Below are positions 61,509 to 64,000 of a stretch of DNA of 64,000 nucleotides, piece after piece. This stretch comes from Oligoflexia bacterium (GTDB lineage: Bacteria > Bdellovibrionota > UBA1018): assembly GCA_963758495.1 (NCBI GenBank), contig CAVWVI010000003.1, positions 1,376,001 through 1,440,000 of the forward strand, read 5' to 3'. The notes under the pieces are model-generated. The model saw only the letters and a list, made by a program, of their open reading frames with translations, did not search any database and was not told the DNA's origin. Each line of letters starts with the position of its first letter. The first letter of the stretch is position 1. Position numbers and translations under genes: made by a program.

Positions 61509-63223
61509 CTTAGCGACAATGTAAGAAAGCAACGTCCCCTCAGAGCTGCGGTACTAAGACCGTAAGCTTTGTGGGCTAATCGCTCAATGGGCCTCAATCT
61601 GGGGAGTGGTATAATAGAAACTGCTTCGTAAAGTAGTTTCAACCAGTCTAACCAGCGTGCCAAGGAGGGAACGTTGTTATGAACTATTATATTGGAATGG
61701 ATGCACATGCAGCAACAACAACCGTCGCAGTCGTGGATGAAAAAGGGAAAAATATTGATCGCCAAAATTTTGCCACTACAGAGGCAAATTTACTTGGATT
61801 CATAAGAAAGATTAAGGGGAAGAAGTTCCTGACATTTGAAGAAATGCATCTGGCTCAGTGGTTGTATATCATACTAAAAAAAGAGGTAGATCACCTGGTA
61901 GTTTGTAATCCTGTTTATGTAGCTGAAAAACAGGGAGCAAAAACAGACTTTAGAGATGCTCTACATTTAGCTCAGGAACTTAGAACGGGGCATTTGGTTG
62001 CCGTTTATCATGATGAAAGTCACTGGATCCAGCTGAGGGTTCTAGTGTACGGCTATTTGGCCTTAGTAGAAGAAATCATTCGAACTAAGAATAGACTGAA
62101 GGCAGTATTTAGATCCGAGGCGATCGATACATCACAAACAGATTTTTATGAAAAAACGAGAGACCGATTAAAAGAACTGTCTCATGAGAGTGCACGGTTT
62201 GTTGCTGAGAATCTTTATTGGCAGATTGATGGTTTAGAGAAAAGAAAACGAGAATACCGTGAGGTTCTTCAGCGTAATTCTAAAAAATATAAACCTATTA
62301 AAAATCTCATGACTATTCCCGGGATTAGTACGGTTCGAGCAAGTATTATCACAGCTGTAGTTTGCACACCGCACCGTTTTAAGAATAAACACCAATTCTG
62401 GGCTTATTGTATGTTGGCAAGACATATCCAAATGAGTGATGGAAAAATCTATGGAAATAAAAAAATTCATGGAAGGGCAGATCTAAAAGAAGTTTTTTTA
62501 GGAGCAGCCGAAAGTGCAATGAGAAGTGAAGGGTTCTTACGAAATTATTACGAAGAACAAAGAAAAGAGATTCCTTATCAGGACGCTAAAAGGGCTCTAG
62601 CTAGAAAAATTGCGGCACTCAGTATAGCCCTTCTTAAGAATAATGGAACTTATCAAGATGACTATGAAAAGCAACAAGAGGAGAAAGCTCAATTTCGTAA
62701 AATGCTAAATAAAGACGTTTGAAAACATTTCAAGTAATCTGATTACGCATGGAAAATAGGCGTATCCTGAAGACCGAATTTGTTCCTCCTTGTAGGACGT
62801 TCAAACTGAAGGTCAGTGGAAGATCTCTGGAAGGGATACTGATTGCTTGGGATGGGGGATGAGGCCCATTAGGAAGCGTGGTCGTCTAACGATAAGACAG
62901 GCCCAAAGGTAGCGACTGGCACGCCCCCGTATTATATCCAAAATTGTCATGGCACGGGCTGTATTCAAAAATACGTATTGTTCGGTCGACGATTTTTTCA
63001 CAGGCGAATGAAGGCGTGTTTAAACGGACTTTCTATTTAGACAATTGAAAAGCAATCATAAAAAAGTGGTCCCTCTATTGAAGATCGTATTTGCGTCGAT
63101 TTCACTTACGAATCAGATTCTGAGCTAGTGCGGAGTCCAGGGACGCCAGCGTTGATCATTAAAATATCAACAAAGGTGATTGGAGATGTGTATCAAAAAT
63201 CGCTTGCTTTCTTACAGGCACTT
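61509..63223 (+). mobile_element. IS110-family (IS1111-like) insertion sequence
   Basis: Transposase plus perfect 13-bp subterminal IR TGTAAGAAAGCAA (61520-61532) / TTGCTTTCTTACA (63204-63216). CTT core at 61509-61511 and 63221-63223. About 500 bp non-coding right end. Confidence 0.8.
61679..62722 (+). CDS. IS110 family DEDD transposase/recombinase
   Basis: YIGMDAH, TFEE, NP, KTDFRDA, TIPGI, RF...AY...SDG. AAGGAGG RBS. Confidence 0.93.
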   Translation: MNYYIGMDAHAATTTVAVVDEKGKNIDRQNFATTEANLLGFIRKIKGKKFLTFEEMHLAQWLYIILKKEVDHLVVCNPVYVAEKQGAKTDFRDALHLAQELRTGHLVAVYHDESHWIQLRVLVYGYLALVEEIIRTKNRLKAVFRSEAIDTSQTDFYEKTRDRLKELSHESARFVAENLYWQIDGLEKRKREYREVLQRNSKKYKPIKNLMTIPGISTVRASIITAVVCTPHRFKNKHQFWAYCMLARHIQMSDGKIYGNKKIHGRADLKEVFLGAAESAMRSEGFLRNYYEEQRKEIPYQDAKRALARKIAALSIALLKNNGTYQDDYEKQQEEKAQFRKMLNKDV

Positions 63224-63659
63224 TCGATTGTGATTAGTCCTGCATGATCTTTGACAACTTCACGTTGCTTGGATTGAGCCGGACCTTCGCTAACGGATAG
63301 CGCCGATGTTTTACCAACTAAATAAAGCTACACACTCAGAGGCGCTAAGCACGCCCTAAAAAATGCTGCAGGGGACCTACAGGGAGCACTCCCTTGTCTA
63401 ATTTCACTGCCTAGAGGCGGAGGTGATGCCAAATTCTGGGCGCACGAAGGCCCTTCCATCCCCATCGAGGGGAACAGAAACAAAAATTTCTTCTAAAAAT
63501 GACCTGTTTTTAAAGTGTCTGATTCAAAATGCGGATTTGGGTTCCAAATAAATCGACCCGATTCCAAACGCAAGCCGAACTTGCGTACTCACAAATAAAA
63601 AACCCCGCATATTATCAAGGGGTTACCATTTTTAAAGCTTCAACAATCATCATTTAATT

Positions 63660-63736
63660 TGGAGCGGGCGAAGGGGCTCGAACCCTCGACCTCAAGCTTG
63701 GGAAGCTCGCACTCTAGCCAACTGAGCTACACCCGC
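63660..63736 (-). tRNA. tRNA-Gly (anticodon CCC)
   Basis: GCGGGTGTAGCTCAGTTGGCTAGAGTGCGAGCTTCCCAAGCTTGAGGTCGAGGGTTCGAGCCCCTTCGCCCGCTCCA: cloverleaf, TTCGA T-loop, encoded CCA. Confidence 0.97.
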
Positions 63737-63845
63737 GTTGGGTATGAACCCTACTGCAGTTCCTTTCCAAAATCAACAACTTACATCTCAACGCCGCATC
63801 AGTCTACAATTTGCTCATTAACCCACTCTTTGATATGTTTACCCA

Positions 63846-64000
63846 ATGGCAAAATTGACTTCTCGGAACCCTGCAACAAACGAAATCATCCAAGAAATTG
63901 AAGTCACTCACGCAGAACATCTGCCGGAAATCTTTCAGCGGGCCCATGCGGCTCAAATTCATTGGGCAACATTTCCCATACGCAAACGGAGTGAGTTTTT
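63846..64000 (+). CDS. aldehyde dehydrogenase family protein, N-terminal fragment
   Basis: MAKLTSRNPATNEII...RAHAAQIHW...IRKR is the typical ALDH start; runs off the window. Confidence 0.75.
   Translation, partial: MAKLTSRNPATNEIIQEIEVTHAEHLPEIFQRAHAAQIHWATFPIRKRSEF

Noticed and set aside
63659..63901. 80-aa ORF in the track
   Set aside because: It is the antisense reading of tRNA-Gly.

Overview
AT-rich bacterial chromosomal segment. Gene content and order suggest Bdellovibrionota or a related deltaproteobacterial-type lineage (inference). Housekeeping blocks: M20 peptidase and class III aminotransferase; bamD with TPR genes; flagellar operon flgF-G-A-H-I-J-M-N-K-L-csrA-fliW; folD-gcvT-gcvH and a separate gcvP; PBP1A, tlyA, xseB; atpF'FHAGDC; bactofilin-parB-parA-rsmG-mnmG with two parS sites; tRNA-Gly(CCC). 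Accessory DNA holds the most unusual signals. (1) An ORF6N + DnaA-domain-IV fusion gene (27653-28585) is flanked by six ~31-bp palindromes. Four form a CRISPR-like spaced array right after the stop codon and two form an inverted pair upstream. They are homologous to, and translate as, the ORF6N LRSQxVTSS segment of the gene itself. (2) A divergent pair of signal-peptide-bearing protein kinases has a WNK-like GxGxxK loop, and one carries an SH2-like C-terminal domain. (3) An IS110/IS1111-type element has inferable ends and a circle-junction promoter, and appears nested in an IS200/IS605-like remnant. Also present: two TA modules, two single-base frameshifts (fliW and a CxxCH protein) and a probable CTG start. 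All family assignments are by eye; no database searches were run.
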